Part shown: positions 30,894 to 39,622 of the stretch, in pieces
How positions within the stretch are numbered: position 1 is the stretch's first letter
Layout: each line of letters opens with the position of its first letter
NCBI GenBank assembly: GCA_964424195.1
Contig: CAYRHT010000003.1
Location: 112,396-176,395 of the forward strand
Source of the DNA: an uncultured Gammaproteobacteria bacterium
GTDB taxonomy: Bacteria > Patescibacteriota > Patescibacteriia > UBA1558 > S5-K13
Direction of reading: 5' to 3'
DNA: 64,000 nt
The notes under the pieces: generated by a model
Seen by the model: only the letters and a program-made list of their open reading frames with translations
The model's database searches: none
What the model was told of the DNA's origin: nothing
Program-made: the position numbers and the translations under genes

Positions 30894-32594
30894 TTATCTT
30901 CTTCGACCTCTAGATCTACCTCTACTTCTATTTCCTTGATATCTACTATTACTTCTACCACCAGACCTTCTACTTCTCTTTCTAGGAGGACGAGCTGGTC
31001 CTGGATCTTCATCAGTAATATCAATGTCTATTTTCTTACTTCTGTAAGAAGTAATAGCTAAGAATTTAAGGGCTTTAGTAGCAAATTTTTCTTCTACTGA
31101 AAATACAGTATGTTCAGACAAGATATTTATTCTACCAATTATAATCCCCTTTAAACTTCTATTTGAATTAATTAATTCGAATAAGGTTTTAATATCAAGA
31201 CCATGTCTTTTACCAATATTTATTTTTAAATTAACAGTATGGATATTTACATGTTCTTGGTTATGAGATCTAACATCAGTATTTAAATCACGAGCATTTT
31301 GATAGGCATCAATAAATCTACTGAATTTAGCATCAATAAAATGTTTGATTAAGTCTTCTTTCTTTATTTCTTTTAATTTAGAAACCATTTCTTGATAATC
31401 TTTGTTATCTTTGGTCTCTGAAGTCTTAGATTCTTTTATTTCATTAACAAAATTATCAATTTGATTATTTAAGATTATCTCTCCACTAGGAACTTTCTTT
31501 TGTTCAAAGACTTTTCCTAACATATGTTCTAATCTTTTCATTACTCCTGTTTCTCTCATATTTACAATAGAGATACAAACTCCAGACTTAGAAGCTCGAC
31601 CAGTTCTACCACTTCGATGAGTATAGACTTCATTCTTGTCAGGTAAATTGTAATTAATAATATGAGAAAGGTCATTAACATCAATTCCTCGAGCTGCTAC
31701 ATCAGTAGCTACTAGTAATTGAACTCTTTTTTGTCTAAAGCTATCCATAATCTTAGTTCTCATACTTTGAGAAATATCTCCATGCATTGCTTCAGTATTG
31801 TAATGAGCTTGTTTTAAACGATCAGCAATTTCTTGAGTTTCTCTTCTAGTTCTACAAAAAAGAATACCATAAACACCAGGAAGTGAATCTAGAATCCTCT
31901 TTAAAGCTTCAAAACGGTCCTGAGCGTGGACTACATAGTATTCATGACTAACATTCTCTGCACCAACATTTTTCTCAGCTACGCTAATTTCTTGAGCCTT
32001 TTTCATATATCTCTTAGCAATAGAGCTTACACTTCGAGACATAGTTGCTGAAAAAAGTAATGTTTGTCTATTCTCTGGAGTTTCTTCTAAGACAGCATCT
32101 AAATCATCTTTAAATCCCATATCTAGCATCTCATCAGCTTCATCCAATATTAACCATTTAATATTTTGTAATTTCAAATCTCCTCTGCGAATTAAATCAC
32201 AAACTCGCCCAGGAGTTCCAACCACAATATTTGTTCCTTTTTGTAAGGCTCTAATTTGAATATCAATTCTTTCACCACCATAAACTGGAGTGACTGAGAC
32301 TCCTTTAGAATGTTTAGCATATGTTTTTAAATCTTTAGATATTTGAATACATAATTCTCGAGTAGGACAGAGGATAATAGCTTGTAATCCTTTAGGAGTT
32401 ATTTGATTTAAAATTGGTAAACCAAAAGCAGCAGTTTTACCAGTTCCGGTCTGCGCTAGAGCAATTAAATCTTCCTTAGATTTTAGAATAAAAGGAATAG
32501 TTTTACTTTGAATTGGTGTTGGTTCTTTAAATCCTAAGTCTTCTAGACTTTTCATGATATCTGAACTTAAACCAAGTTCTTTAAATTTTGTCAT
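30894..32594 (-). CDS. DEAD-box ATP-dependent RNA helicase with DbpA-like C-terminal RNA-binding domain and RG-rich tail
   Basis: Q-motif, AQTGTGKT, DEAD, SAT, HRSGRTGR motifs. Arginine/glycine-rich C-terminal ~40 aa. Confidence 0.95.
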   Translation of the reverse strand: MTKFKELGLSSDIMKSLEDLGFKEPTPIQSKTIPFILKSKEDLIALAQTGTGKTAAFGLPILNQITPKGLQAIILCPTRELCIQISKDLKTYAKHSKGVSVTPVYGGERIDIQIRALQKGTNIVVGTPGRVCDLIRRGDLKLQNIKWLILDEADEMLDMGFKDDLDAVLEETPENRQTLLFSATMSRSVSSIAKRYMKKAQEISVAEKNVGAENVSHEYYVVHAQDRFEALKRILDSLPGVYGILFCRTRRETQEIADRLKQAHYNTEAMHGDISQSMRTKIMDSFRQKRVQLLVATDVAARGIDVNDLSHIINYNLPDKNEVYTHRSGRTGRASKSGVCISIVNMRETGVMKRLEHMLGKVFEQKKVPSGEIILNNQIDNFVNEIKESKTSETKDNKDYQEMVSKLKEIKKEDLIKHFIDAKFSRFIDAYQNARDLNTDVRSHNQEHVNIHTVNLKINIGKRHGLDIKTLFELINSNRSLKGIIIGRINILSEHTVFSVEEKFATKALKFLAITSYRSKKIDIDITDEDPGPARPPRKRSRRSGGRSNSRYQGNRSRGRSRGRRR

Positions 32595-32698
32595 ATATTA
32601 TTTGTTTTAAAAAAAATTCCATCCCTGGATCAATAGATCTTGTGAATGGAAATATTAACGTTCTTAACTCTACCATAATCAATTTAAAAAGTCAAGAG

Positions 32699-33100
32699 TT
32701 AAAAATTTAGATTAAGTGTATAGGCGATTATTAAGCTAAGAATCGAACCATTTATTAGTTCAATGAATATAATTTTATTAGGATAAGAAGTTTGAACCCA
32801 AGTGTCACAGAGACGAGGAACAACTCTAATAATTATTAAAAGCAGTCCTAAATATAATGTATTTAAGGGAGAAATATAATTATAAATGATGATTATACCT
32901 AATATAGGGATAAACCCAGCAATTAGAAGAGTACTTAATAAATATTTTCCTTTTGATGGCCATTTTTTCATGGCAGGATGGTTTTCATATTTTTTGTAAA
33001 TTTTAGCAACAAGAGGATTCATATAAACAACTCCACCAACAATAAACCAAATTATTGTGATAATAATTGCTCTAAGTAATGTTTGAAAAATAATATTCAT
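32699..33100 (-). CDS. Small membrane protein (4 TM)
   Basis: Hydrophobic ORF, third gene of a minus-strand operon. Confidence 0.5.
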   Translation of the reverse strand: MNIIFQTLLRAIIITIIWFIVGGVVYMNPLVAKIYKKYENHPAMKKWPSKGKYLLSTLLIAGFIPILGIIIIYNYISPLNTLYLGLLLIIIRVVPRLCDTWVQTSYPNKIIFIELINGSILSLIIAYTLNLNF

Positions 33101-33110
33101 ATTTTTTTTA

Positions 33111-33509
33111 TTATATTTTATTTAAAAAGGTAATAGTTAGTTGTAAAACAGTAGCAAATGAAACCCAAAGTAGATAAGGGATTTGAATATATGTAATCCA
33201 GTGAGCATGAGGATAGATAACTATCATTGCCCAGATTAAAGTTCCTAGAACTAAAAGAATATCAATAGCTGCTAAGGTGTTGCTTTTTAATCCAAATTGA
33301 AAATATGTAAAAGTAAGATTAAAAAGAAGATTTAGTATAAAAGGAAGAATTATTAAGAAAGGAATCTTTTTTTGAAAAAATAAGAGAAATACTTTTCCAA
33401 AAGAAATAGCTATTAAAATATAAAGTGCTGTCCAAACTGGACCAAAGAGATAGGAAGGTGGTGCCCAAGTTGGTTTAATTAATTGAGAATACCAAGTATA
33501 GTTTTCCAT
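33111..33509 (-). CDS. TspO/MBR-like tryptophan-rich membrane protein (short)
   Basis: N-terminus WYSQLIKPTWAPPSYLFGPVWTALY fits the TspO W..L.KP.W.PP..F.PVW..LY signature. 132 aa. Confidence 0.55.
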   Translation of the reverse strand: MENYTWYSQLIKPTWAPPSYLFGPVWTALYILIAISFGKVFLLFFQKKIPFLIILPFILNLLFNLTFTYFQFGLKSNTLAAIDILLVLGTLIWAMIVIYPHAHWITYIQIPYLLWVSFATVLQLTITFLNKI

Positions 33510-33522
33510 AGTTTTGTTTTTA

Positions 33523-34113
33523 TTATTTATTATTTATTTTTTTACGAATAATTCCTAGAATAAGTAATAATACGGACAAATCAAAAAGGAAAAGATAAAG
33601 AGGATAAGCAACATCAGAGAATACAAAGCTTTTTACTGCAAATAAAGAGAGGAGTCCAGAAAAAGCAGAGAATGACCAAGCAAGATATGTTTCAGATTTA
33701 GGAGATTTAAATGTTTTTATAATAGTTGGTAAACCAAAGAAAAAATCAGCAATGATAGCACAAATAAGGGCAAGGATTGGAAGATTTAATGTTTGCCATA
33801 ATACTAAACCAAGTACTCCTAAACCAAAGAAAATATAATCATAAGTTGAGGTAGACCAAACACCATTCTTTCTAATAATTGAATATATGGCAATAATTAG
33901 GCATGAAAGTGTATTAGCAAATAGTATAGCAACAGTCCATTCACTACCTGATGCTAGCATTGCAAAAGCACCTAAAGCTGTAATAAAAGCCCAACCAATC
34001 CATGATAGAATATGAGGCTGAATTCTATTTCTATGAACACCAATAAGATAAGGTATTCCACCTAATAGAATAAAGATAGCTGAAAGTATTCCAAATATAG
34101 CTTTAGTTTCCAT
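33523..34113 (-). CDS. Small polytopic membrane protein (about 6 TM), possible substrate-capture/transporter component
   Basis: Hydrophobic ORF. First gene of the operon, preceded by a structured leader. Confidence 0.5.
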   Translation of the reverse strand: METKAIFGILSAIFILLGGIPYLIGVHRNRIQPHILSWIGWAFITALGAFAMLASGSEWTVAILFANTLSCLIIAIYSIIRKNGVWSTSTYDYIFFGLGVLGLVLWQTLNLPILALICAIIADFFFGLPTIIKTFKSPKSETYLAWSFSAFSGLLSLFAVKSFVFSDVAYPLYLFLFDLSVLLLILGIIRKKINNK

Positions 34114-34249
34114 GTGTTATATTGTTTTTAATTTTATGGCTCTCTTGGATTGATGAATTTCGAAAGCACTTTACCTCTAATGCTGAGAGAGCATTTATTC
34201 CGAAGTTGATTTAATTTTACTCTCTGGGATAGTTTTAATCAAGAAAGTA

Positions 34250-34278
34250 TTGACTAAACAATACATTTAGAATAAAAT
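34250..34278 (+). promoter_or_regulatory. Conserved promoter module, copy c (TTGACT-N17-TAAAAT), driving 34309..34614
   Basis: TTGACTAAACAATACATTTAGAATAAAAT. The same ~50-nt module recurs at 35171-35216 and 38641-38686. Confidence 0.65.
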
Positions 34279-34308
34279 CAAAATAAATATATTTAGGAGG
34301 AATAGATT

Positions 34309-34614
34309 ATGTTTATAGAATTACCAGGATTACTAGGACTTAAAGAAGGTTATAGAATCTTCTGGATTTTTGATGACGACGAGTACATTTATTTTGATGA
34401 TGGTCAGGGAAATATTTTTCAGATAAAGGAAAATAAGAGTGTTCATAAAGTATTTGTGCCTTGTTTCTTAAGGACTGCTCCTGACTTAGCGGAAAGAAAA
34501 AAATATTTTGTTGATCTTGCCGCTTTTCTCGCAGTTTTTGATGGACTCAAAGTTAGCAAAGCTAAAGAGCATAATAATGCTATTTATGTTGAGCTTCGAA
34601 AAATTAAAAAATAA
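34309..34614 (+). CDS. Hypothetical small protein (101 aa)
   Basis: ORF with AGGAGG RBS 8 nt upstream. Driven by the conserved promoter module. Confidence 0.5.
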   Translation: MFIELPGLLGLKEGYRIFWIFDDDEYIYFDDGQGNIFQIKENKSVHKVFVPCFLRTAPDLAERKKYFVDLAAFLAVFDGLKVSKAKEHNNAIYVELRKIKK

Positions 34615-34636
34615 TAAATCTTCAAAGATTTTATCA

Positions 34637-34666
34637 ATCGGTTCAAATTTCTGAGCCGATTTTTTA
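34637..34666 (+). terminator. Intrinsic terminator
   Basis: ATCGGTTC / GAGCCGAT 8-bp stem (one G.U pair), then a T-run. Confidence 0.6.
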
Positions 34667-34680
34667 TTTTAAAAACTCGA

Positions 34681-34754
34681 TGGCTCGGGGACTAGGAGTC
34701 GAACCTAGATTAACTGGACCAGAACCAGTCGTCCTGCCATTAGACGATCCCCGA
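34681..34754 (-). tRNA. tRNA-Gln (anticodon CTG), CCA encoded
   Basis: Reverse complement TCGGGGATCGTCTAATGGCAGGACGACTGGTTCTGGTCCAGTTAATCTAGGTTCGACTCCTAGTCCCCGAGCCA. Acceptor stem TCGGGGA/TCCCCGA. Anticodon loop TTCTGGT. Confidence 0.85.
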
Positions 34755-34820
34755 ATATTACATAATATATTATAACATTAAATTCAGATAGTAAAGAGTA
34801 TTGATTAAACTTTAATAAAT

Positions 34821-34848
34821 AAAAAAGACAGAGAGAAATTTCTCTGCC
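34821..34848 (-). terminator. Intrinsic terminator for the 34864..35163 gene
   Basis: CAGAGA / TCTCTG stem with U-run on the minus-strand transcript. Confidence 0.5.
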
Positions 34849-34863
34849 TTATAGTTTATTATT

Positions 34864-35163
34864 CTAATCTCTTGGTTCAATCTTTTGTTGGTACTTTTTA
34901 CTATCTTCATCAGATGTGTTTACAATAACATATGGTTCTTCTGTGTCCTCACTGTAATCTTCAACATCATCTGTGAAAAAATAAAAAGTTATTCCTTCTT
35001 CAGATATGAAAATATAAGATTGTCCCATTTTTTTAGAGAGTATTCCATTACAACTACATCCTGCTCCTGAGCTTTTTGGACAAGCCCCTTCTAAACAAGA
35101 AATTTTAACCTTTCCTTTTCCTAACATATCATTAAGTATCGTTAATAACATAATTCCCTCCAT
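34864..35163 (-). CDS. Small Cys-rich, acidic-tailed hypothetical protein (99 aa), paralog of 38313..38624
   Basis: Shares ILNDMLGKGKVKISCLEG / ILDFLKDCDEVKISYLNPEN and the C-terminal KIEP motif with its paralog. Sits behind the conserved promoter module. Confidence 0.5.
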   Translation of the reverse strand: MEGIMLLTILNDMLGKGKVKISCLEGACPKSSGAGCSCNGILSKKMGQSYIFISEEGITFYFFTDDVEDYSEDTEEPYVIVNTSDEDSKKYQQKIEPRD

Positions 35164-35184
35164 AGATTAATTTTATTTGCCTTC

Positions 35185-35213
35185 ATCTTATTCTAAATAT
35201 TTTATTTAGTCAA
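35185..35213 (-). promoter_or_regulatory. Conserved promoter module, copy a (TTGACT-N17-TAAGAT), driving 34864..35163
   Basis: Minus-strand TTGACTAAATAAAATATTTAGAATAAGAT. Module spans 35171-35216. Confidence 0.65.
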
Positions 35214-35269
35214 TTCATTATCTCGTGATACAATAAGGTAAGTTTTAAATATAATATTTATACTTCCCT

Positions 35270-36655
35270 ATGACTTACGGAGACGATTTTACAACTAATT
35301 TCAAACCTAATTATTCTCGAACTAAAAAGAAGCAATCTTTTGGAAGAAAGATTTTTACTATTAGGAAACCTCGAGACTTTGATTTAACTCCAGAAAAAGA
35401 AGCAGTAATCTATACTTTAGAAAATACTAATCAGAATATATTTTTAACTGGTAAAGCGGGGACTGGTAAATCTAACTTCCTTAAATACTTTAGAGCTACT
35501 ACAAACAAGAATATTGTAGTTTTAGCCTTTACTGGTGTAGCTGCTTTAAATGTTCAAGGACAAACTATTCATTCTTTCTTTAAATTTCATCCTCAAACTA
35601 CCATTGATGGTATTTATCGAAAGAAAGATGATGATAATGAGATCTACAAAGAATTAGATTTGATCATTATTGATGAAATTTCAATGGTTAGAGCTGATTT
35701 AATGGACTTTATTGATAAATTCATGCGTTTAAATGGTAAATACCCAGAAGAACCATTTGGTGGTGTTCAAATCTTAGCTATTGGTGATCTGTATCAGATT
35801 CCACCAATTGTTGGTCGGGAAGAAAAGAGGTTCTTTAGTGAATATTATCAAAGTCCATATTTCTTTGATTCTCATTCTTACCAGCAAGCTAATTTTGTTC
35901 AAAAAGAATTAACTGAAATGTATCGTCAGGATCAGAAAGCTCAGAATAAATTCATTAAAACCCTGGATAACTTAAGAACTTGTTCTTTTGATCAAAATGA
36001 TATTGATTTAATTAATACTCGTTTAGAAGTTAATTACCAGAAGCCTAAGGGTAAGTTTGTGATTAGTTTAGTACCAACTAATAGTAAAGCTGAAGAAATT
36101 AATAGTTTTGAATTAGATAAATTAAAAGTTCCGGGACAAGTCTACAAAGGAACTATTTCTGGTAAATTCCCAGAGAAGAATCTTCCGACAGCTAAAAGGT
36201 TAGTTATTAAAAAAGGAGCTCAAGTAATGCTTTTAAATAATGACCCAGAAGGTAAATGGGTTAATGGTGATATTGTGAAGGTGATGAGAACTAGTTATGA
36301 TTATGTGCGAGTTTTGTTTGATGATGGTCGATTAGAAGATATTAGAGCTATTAAGAGAGATTCTATTAGATTTATCTTTGATGAAGAAGCTCAAACAGTT
36401 GAACCAGAGATTATAGGGAGTTTTACTCAATTACCAATTAAATTAGCTTGGGCAGTTACAATTCATAAGGGGCAAGGTAAAACTTTTGATCAGGTTCATT
36501 TAGATTTTGGAACAGGTATTTTTGCTTCTGGGCAAGCCTATGTAGCCCTGAGTCGTTGCAGAACTCTAGAAGGAATGACCTTAACTTCCCCATTAAAGTC
36601 TGATTATATTTTTACTGATAAGAGGATTAGGGAATTTATGAACTCAAATGCTTAA
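35270..36655 (+). CDS. Pif1-family (RecD-like SF1B) DNA helicase
   Basis: Walker A LTGKAGTGKS, Walker B IIDEISMV, the Pif1 motif GGVQILAIGDLYQIPP, and C-terminal TIHKGQG...ALSRCR (UvrD_C_2-like). Confidence 0.85.
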   Translation: MTYGDDFTTNFKPNYSRTKKKQSFGRKIFTIRKPRDFDLTPEKEAVIYTLENTNQNIFLTGKAGTGKSNFLKYFRATTNKNIVVLAFTGVAALNVQGQTIHSFFKFHPQTTIDGIYRKKDDDNEIYKELDLIIIDEISMVRADLMDFIDKFMRLNGKYPEEPFGGVQILAIGDLYQIPPIVGREEKRFFSEYYQSPYFFDSHSYQQANFVQKELTEMYRQDQKAQNKFIKTLDNLRTCSFDQNDIDLINTRLEVNYQKPKGKFVISLVPTNSKAEEINSFELDKLKVPGQVYKGTISGKFPEKNLPTAKRLVIKKGAQVMLLNNDPEGKWVNGDIVKVMRTSYDYVRVLFDDGRLEDIRAIKRDSIRFIFDEEAQTVEPEIIGSFTQLPIKLAWAVTIHKGQGKTFDQVHLDFGTGIFASGQAYVALSRCRTLEGMTLTSPLKSDYIFTDKRIREFMNSNA

Positions 36656-36714
36656 GTGTTGATTAAAGTAGTATTGAGGAGTAGAATTTAGGTATATAAA
36701 TAAGATAAAATGCA

Positions 36715-37203
36715 GTGGATAATAGACAGAAAAAATTTGATGAGATTAAAAATGTTGCTCAGAGAGAATATAGAAAGTTAAATAGTGTATTTAATCCATT
36801 TTTAAGTGAAAAAATAAATTTTAATGCTAAAGGACTAGATCACATAAAAATGAAAGAATGGAATAAAACTCGTCCAATTGGTGATCAATTTCTTAGATTA
36901 AAGTTTCTAGATTTAGCTCCAAAAATTTTAAAATCCACTACTACTCTACAAGAATTTAAAAAGACAAAAAACTTTGAAAGAGTTAGAAGTAACGGTAAAT
37001 GGAATTTTAAAGCAAAATTTGTTGAATATTATGGATTTATTGCTTTGTGGAATTACAAAATTAAAGTAAAAATAATTGTTAAAAGAGTAGAAGGTGGAGA
37101 GCCCTTTTTTTGGAGCATTATTCCTTTTTGGAAAACTAAAAATGATCCTATTCTAAAAACAACAAAAAAAGTCTTCCATGAAGGAGACTTAGAAATAGAT
37201 TAA
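36715..37203 (+). CDS. Hypothetical basic protein (162 aa)
   Basis: ORF between the Pif1 helicase and radical-SAM genes. Lys-rich and Trp-containing. No recognisable family. Confidence 0.45.
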   Translation: MDNRQKKFDEIKNVAQREYRKLNSVFNPFLSEKINFNAKGLDHIKMKEWNKTRPIGDQFLRLKFLDLAPKILKSTTTLQEFKKTKNFERVRSNGKWNFKAKFVEYYGFIALWNYKIKVKIIVKRVEGGEPFFWSIIPFWKTKNDPILKTTKKVFHEGDLEID

Positions 37204-37370
37204 CTTTTTTTGTATGATATTTGTCTGCAGTTTTATGTATTTAACCGCGGGAGAACCAAAGTCCTCACAAACATCATAAATAAACAATAGCATATTTATA
37301 AAAAAAAGCAATAGATAATAAATTTATAAGGCTTCAAACCCTTATTTTTTATTTATGCTACAATTACTCT

Positions 37371-38276
37371 ATGGTTTTAAATATAAAAGTTAAAGAAATA
37401 GAAACTAAGACAGCTTTACATCGTTTAGGTAAGAGAATGTACCCATATAATTATGATTTAAATATATACAGAGGTTGTTCTCATAAATGTGTGTATTGTT
37501 ATGCTTTGTATTCACATAAATACTTTGAAAAACAAGGAGGTTTCTTTGATACTATTTTTGTTAAAAAGAATATATTAGAACCATTAGAAAAGAAATTAAG
37601 TTCTTCTAGGTGGAAGAAAGAAGTTATTAACTTTGGGGGAGTTTGTGATTCATATCAATATATTGAGAAGAAATACAAGTTAATGCCTGAGATCCTTAAA
37701 TTAATGATTAAGTATGAAAATCCGATGATTATATCTACTAAATCTGATTTAATTTTAAGGGATATTGATTTAATAAAGGAGTTAGCTAAAAAGACCTATG
37801 TAAATGTAGCGGAAACTATTACTTGTATGGATGAAGGTTTAAGAAAGAAGATTGAACCTTATGGAGTATCTTCTTTAAGAAGGTTTGAAGTATTAAAGAT
37901 ATTTAGAGAAAAGACTAATGCTGGTATTGGAGTTCATTGTATGCCTATTCTACCTTTTTTAACTGATAATCAAGAGAGTCTAGAAGCTTTAATTAAGAAA
38001 ACTAAAGAAATTAATGCTCATTATATGATAACTTCTGGTTTAAATTTAATTGGAGATACTAAAAAGCATTATTATGACTTTCTAAAAAAAGAATTTCCAG
38101 ATTTAGTTTCTAAATACCATCAATTATTTACTAATACTCAAATTAAAAAAGGATATAATTCTAAATTATACCCTTTAATTAAAAAACTTAAATATAAATA
38201 CAAAGTTTCTTCTGATTACCAGAAAGTTATTAAAGAGAAGTTAAAAGTAAAAGACCAATTGAAGATGTTTGAATAA
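37371..38276 (+). CDS. Radical SAM protein of the SPL/COG1533 (DNA repair photolyase-like) family
   Basis: N-terminal YRGCSHKCVYCYA (CxxxCxxC) matches the COG1533/SplB-type signature. -10 TACAAT at 37353-37358. Confidence 0.8.
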   Translation: MVLNIKVKEIETKTALHRLGKRMYPYNYDLNIYRGCSHKCVYCYALYSHKYFEKQGGFFDTIFVKKNILEPLEKKLSSSRWKKEVINFGGVCDSYQYIEKKYKLMPEILKLMIKYENPMIISTKSDLILRDIDLIKELAKKTYVNVAETITCMDEGLRKKIEPYGVSSLRRFEVLKIFREKTNAGIGVHCMPILPFLTDNQESLEALIKKTKEINAHYMITSGLNLIGDTKKHYYDFLKKEFPDLVSKYHQLFTNTQIKKGYNSKLYPLIKKLKYKYKVSSDYQKVIKEKLKVKDQLKMFE

Positions 38277-38281
38277 AAAAG

Positions 38282-38303
38282 GACTAGCTTAGGACTAGTC
38301 CAT
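38282..38303. terminator. Bidirectional hairpin between convergent genes
   Basis: GGACTAG / CTAGTCC 7-bp stem with A/T runs on both sides. Confidence 0.5.
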
Positions 38304-38312
38304 AAAAACTGA

Positions 38313-38624
38313 TTATTTTGGTTCAATTTTTATTTTAACAATAAGAACTGGGTCTAAAATATCACCTGGTTGAACACCAACAACAATTAGACAATTGTTA
38401 TTTACGTCTAAATATGTAACAGAAATTTTATCGTTGAAAAATGCTTTTATGTCATCCTTCTCTCCGACATGAGTTAAACGACATAGATCATTTATTTCTA
38501 TTAATACAGCTCTATGATTAGAAATAGACGTATCATTTTCTGGATTCAAATAGGAAATTTTAACTTCGTCGCAATCTTTTAAAAAATCCAAAATTTTTCG
38601 GACATCTGCTTGATTAATTTTCAT
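38313..38624 (-). CDS. Small hypothetical protein (103 aa), paralog of 34864..35163
   Basis: See paralog. AGGAGG RBS. Driven by conserved promoter module copy b. Confidence 0.5.
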   Translation of the reverse strand: MKINQADVRKILDFLKDCDEVKISYLNPENDTSISNHRAVLIEINDLCRLTHVGEKDDIKAFFNDKISVTYLDVNNNCLIVVGVQPGDILDPVLIVKIKIEPK

Positions 38625-38654
38625 TTTCCTTCCTCCTAAATTTTATTTACCTTC

Positions 38655-38683
38655 ATCTTATTCTAAATATCTCGTTTAGTCAA
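38655..38683 (-). promoter_or_regulatory. Conserved promoter module, copy b (TTGACT-N17-TAAGAT), driving 38313..38624
   Basis: Minus-strand TTGACTAAACGAGATATTTAGAATAAGAT. Module spans 38641-38686. Confidence 0.65.
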
Positions 38684-38753
38684 TTTAAATACTTCTCTAT
38701 ATTGACTTTTAGAAGAATAGTGTTAATCTGAACTTATAAATTTAGGAGGAAAA

Positions 38754-39095
38754 ATGAAAATAGAATATGTTTTCTTGTTATTAGGATTTATTTTAATTTA
38801 TTACATAATTAAGAATATTAAAGAAGACAAGATTATTTTTGCTTTCTTTATTCCTATTTATGCAATATTTTTATCCTTAGTTCAGTTTTTGGACTGGACT
38901 TTTTTACAGTTAGTAACTGTCTTTATTTCTATATTGGCAATCTGTTTCTCGGGTTTTATTCTCTATTTAAGTATGAGAATAATTTTCTGGAGAGAAGAAG
39001 AAGCTAAAGAGAATCTAGGAATAATATTGTTAATTAATTCTTTAATATCAATTTATGAAGCTGCTTGTGGTCTAATTCCCATTGTAATTCTTTAG
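38754..39095 (+). CDS. Small membrane protein (3 TM)
   Basis: Hydrophobic ORF with AGGAGG RBS. Confidence 0.45.
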   Translation: MKIEYVFLLLGFILIYYIIKNIKEDKIIFAFFIPIYAIFLSLVQFLDWTFLQLVTVFISILAICFSGFILYLSMRIIFWREEEAKENLGIILLINSLISIYEAACGLIPIVIL

Positions 39096-39151
39096 TTAAC
39101 AGTATTGTCTTAGGATAGTACTGTTTTTTTATTCTATGTTATAATATTCAT

Positions 39152-39622
39152 ATGATTCAAGCTACAACTTGCTTATTAAGAAGAGAAGGAGAAATTTTAC
39201 TTGCTATGAAAAAGCGAGGCTTTGGAGTTGGTAAATGGAACGGTGTTGGTGGTAAGCAAGATGATAATGAGGGTATTGATGAAACTGCTGTACGAGAGGT
39301 TGAAGAGGAAATTAAAGTAAAAATTAATCCTCAAGACTTGGAAAAAGTAGCTACTTTAAAATTCTATTTCCCTTACAAACCAGAGTGGCATATGGAAGTT
39401 CATTTCTATTTCTGCTATAAATGGAAAGGAGAACCAGAAGAAACAGAAGAAATGAGGCCTAAGTGGTTTGATTTAAATAAACTTCCTTATGAAAAAATGT
39501 GGAGTGATGATATTTATTGGCTTCCTAGAGTTTTGAAAGGTGAAAAGCTAGAAGGAGAATTGTATTTTAATGAAGATAATAACACCTTAAATCCAGATAA
39601 AATAACTATAAGAAAAATATGA
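39152..39622 (+). CDS. NUDIX hydrolase (MutT-like)
   Basis: Nudix box GKWNGVGGKQDDNEGIDETAVREVEEEIKV (Gx5Ex7REUxEExGU). Confidence 0.85.
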   Translation: MIQATTCLLRREGEILLAMKKRGFGVGKWNGVGGKQDDNEGIDETAVREVEEEIKVKINPQDLEKVATLKFYFPYKPEWHMEVHFYFCYKWKGEPEETEEMRPKWFDLNKLPYEKMWSDDIYWLPRVLKGEKLEGELYFNEDNNTLNPDKITIRKI

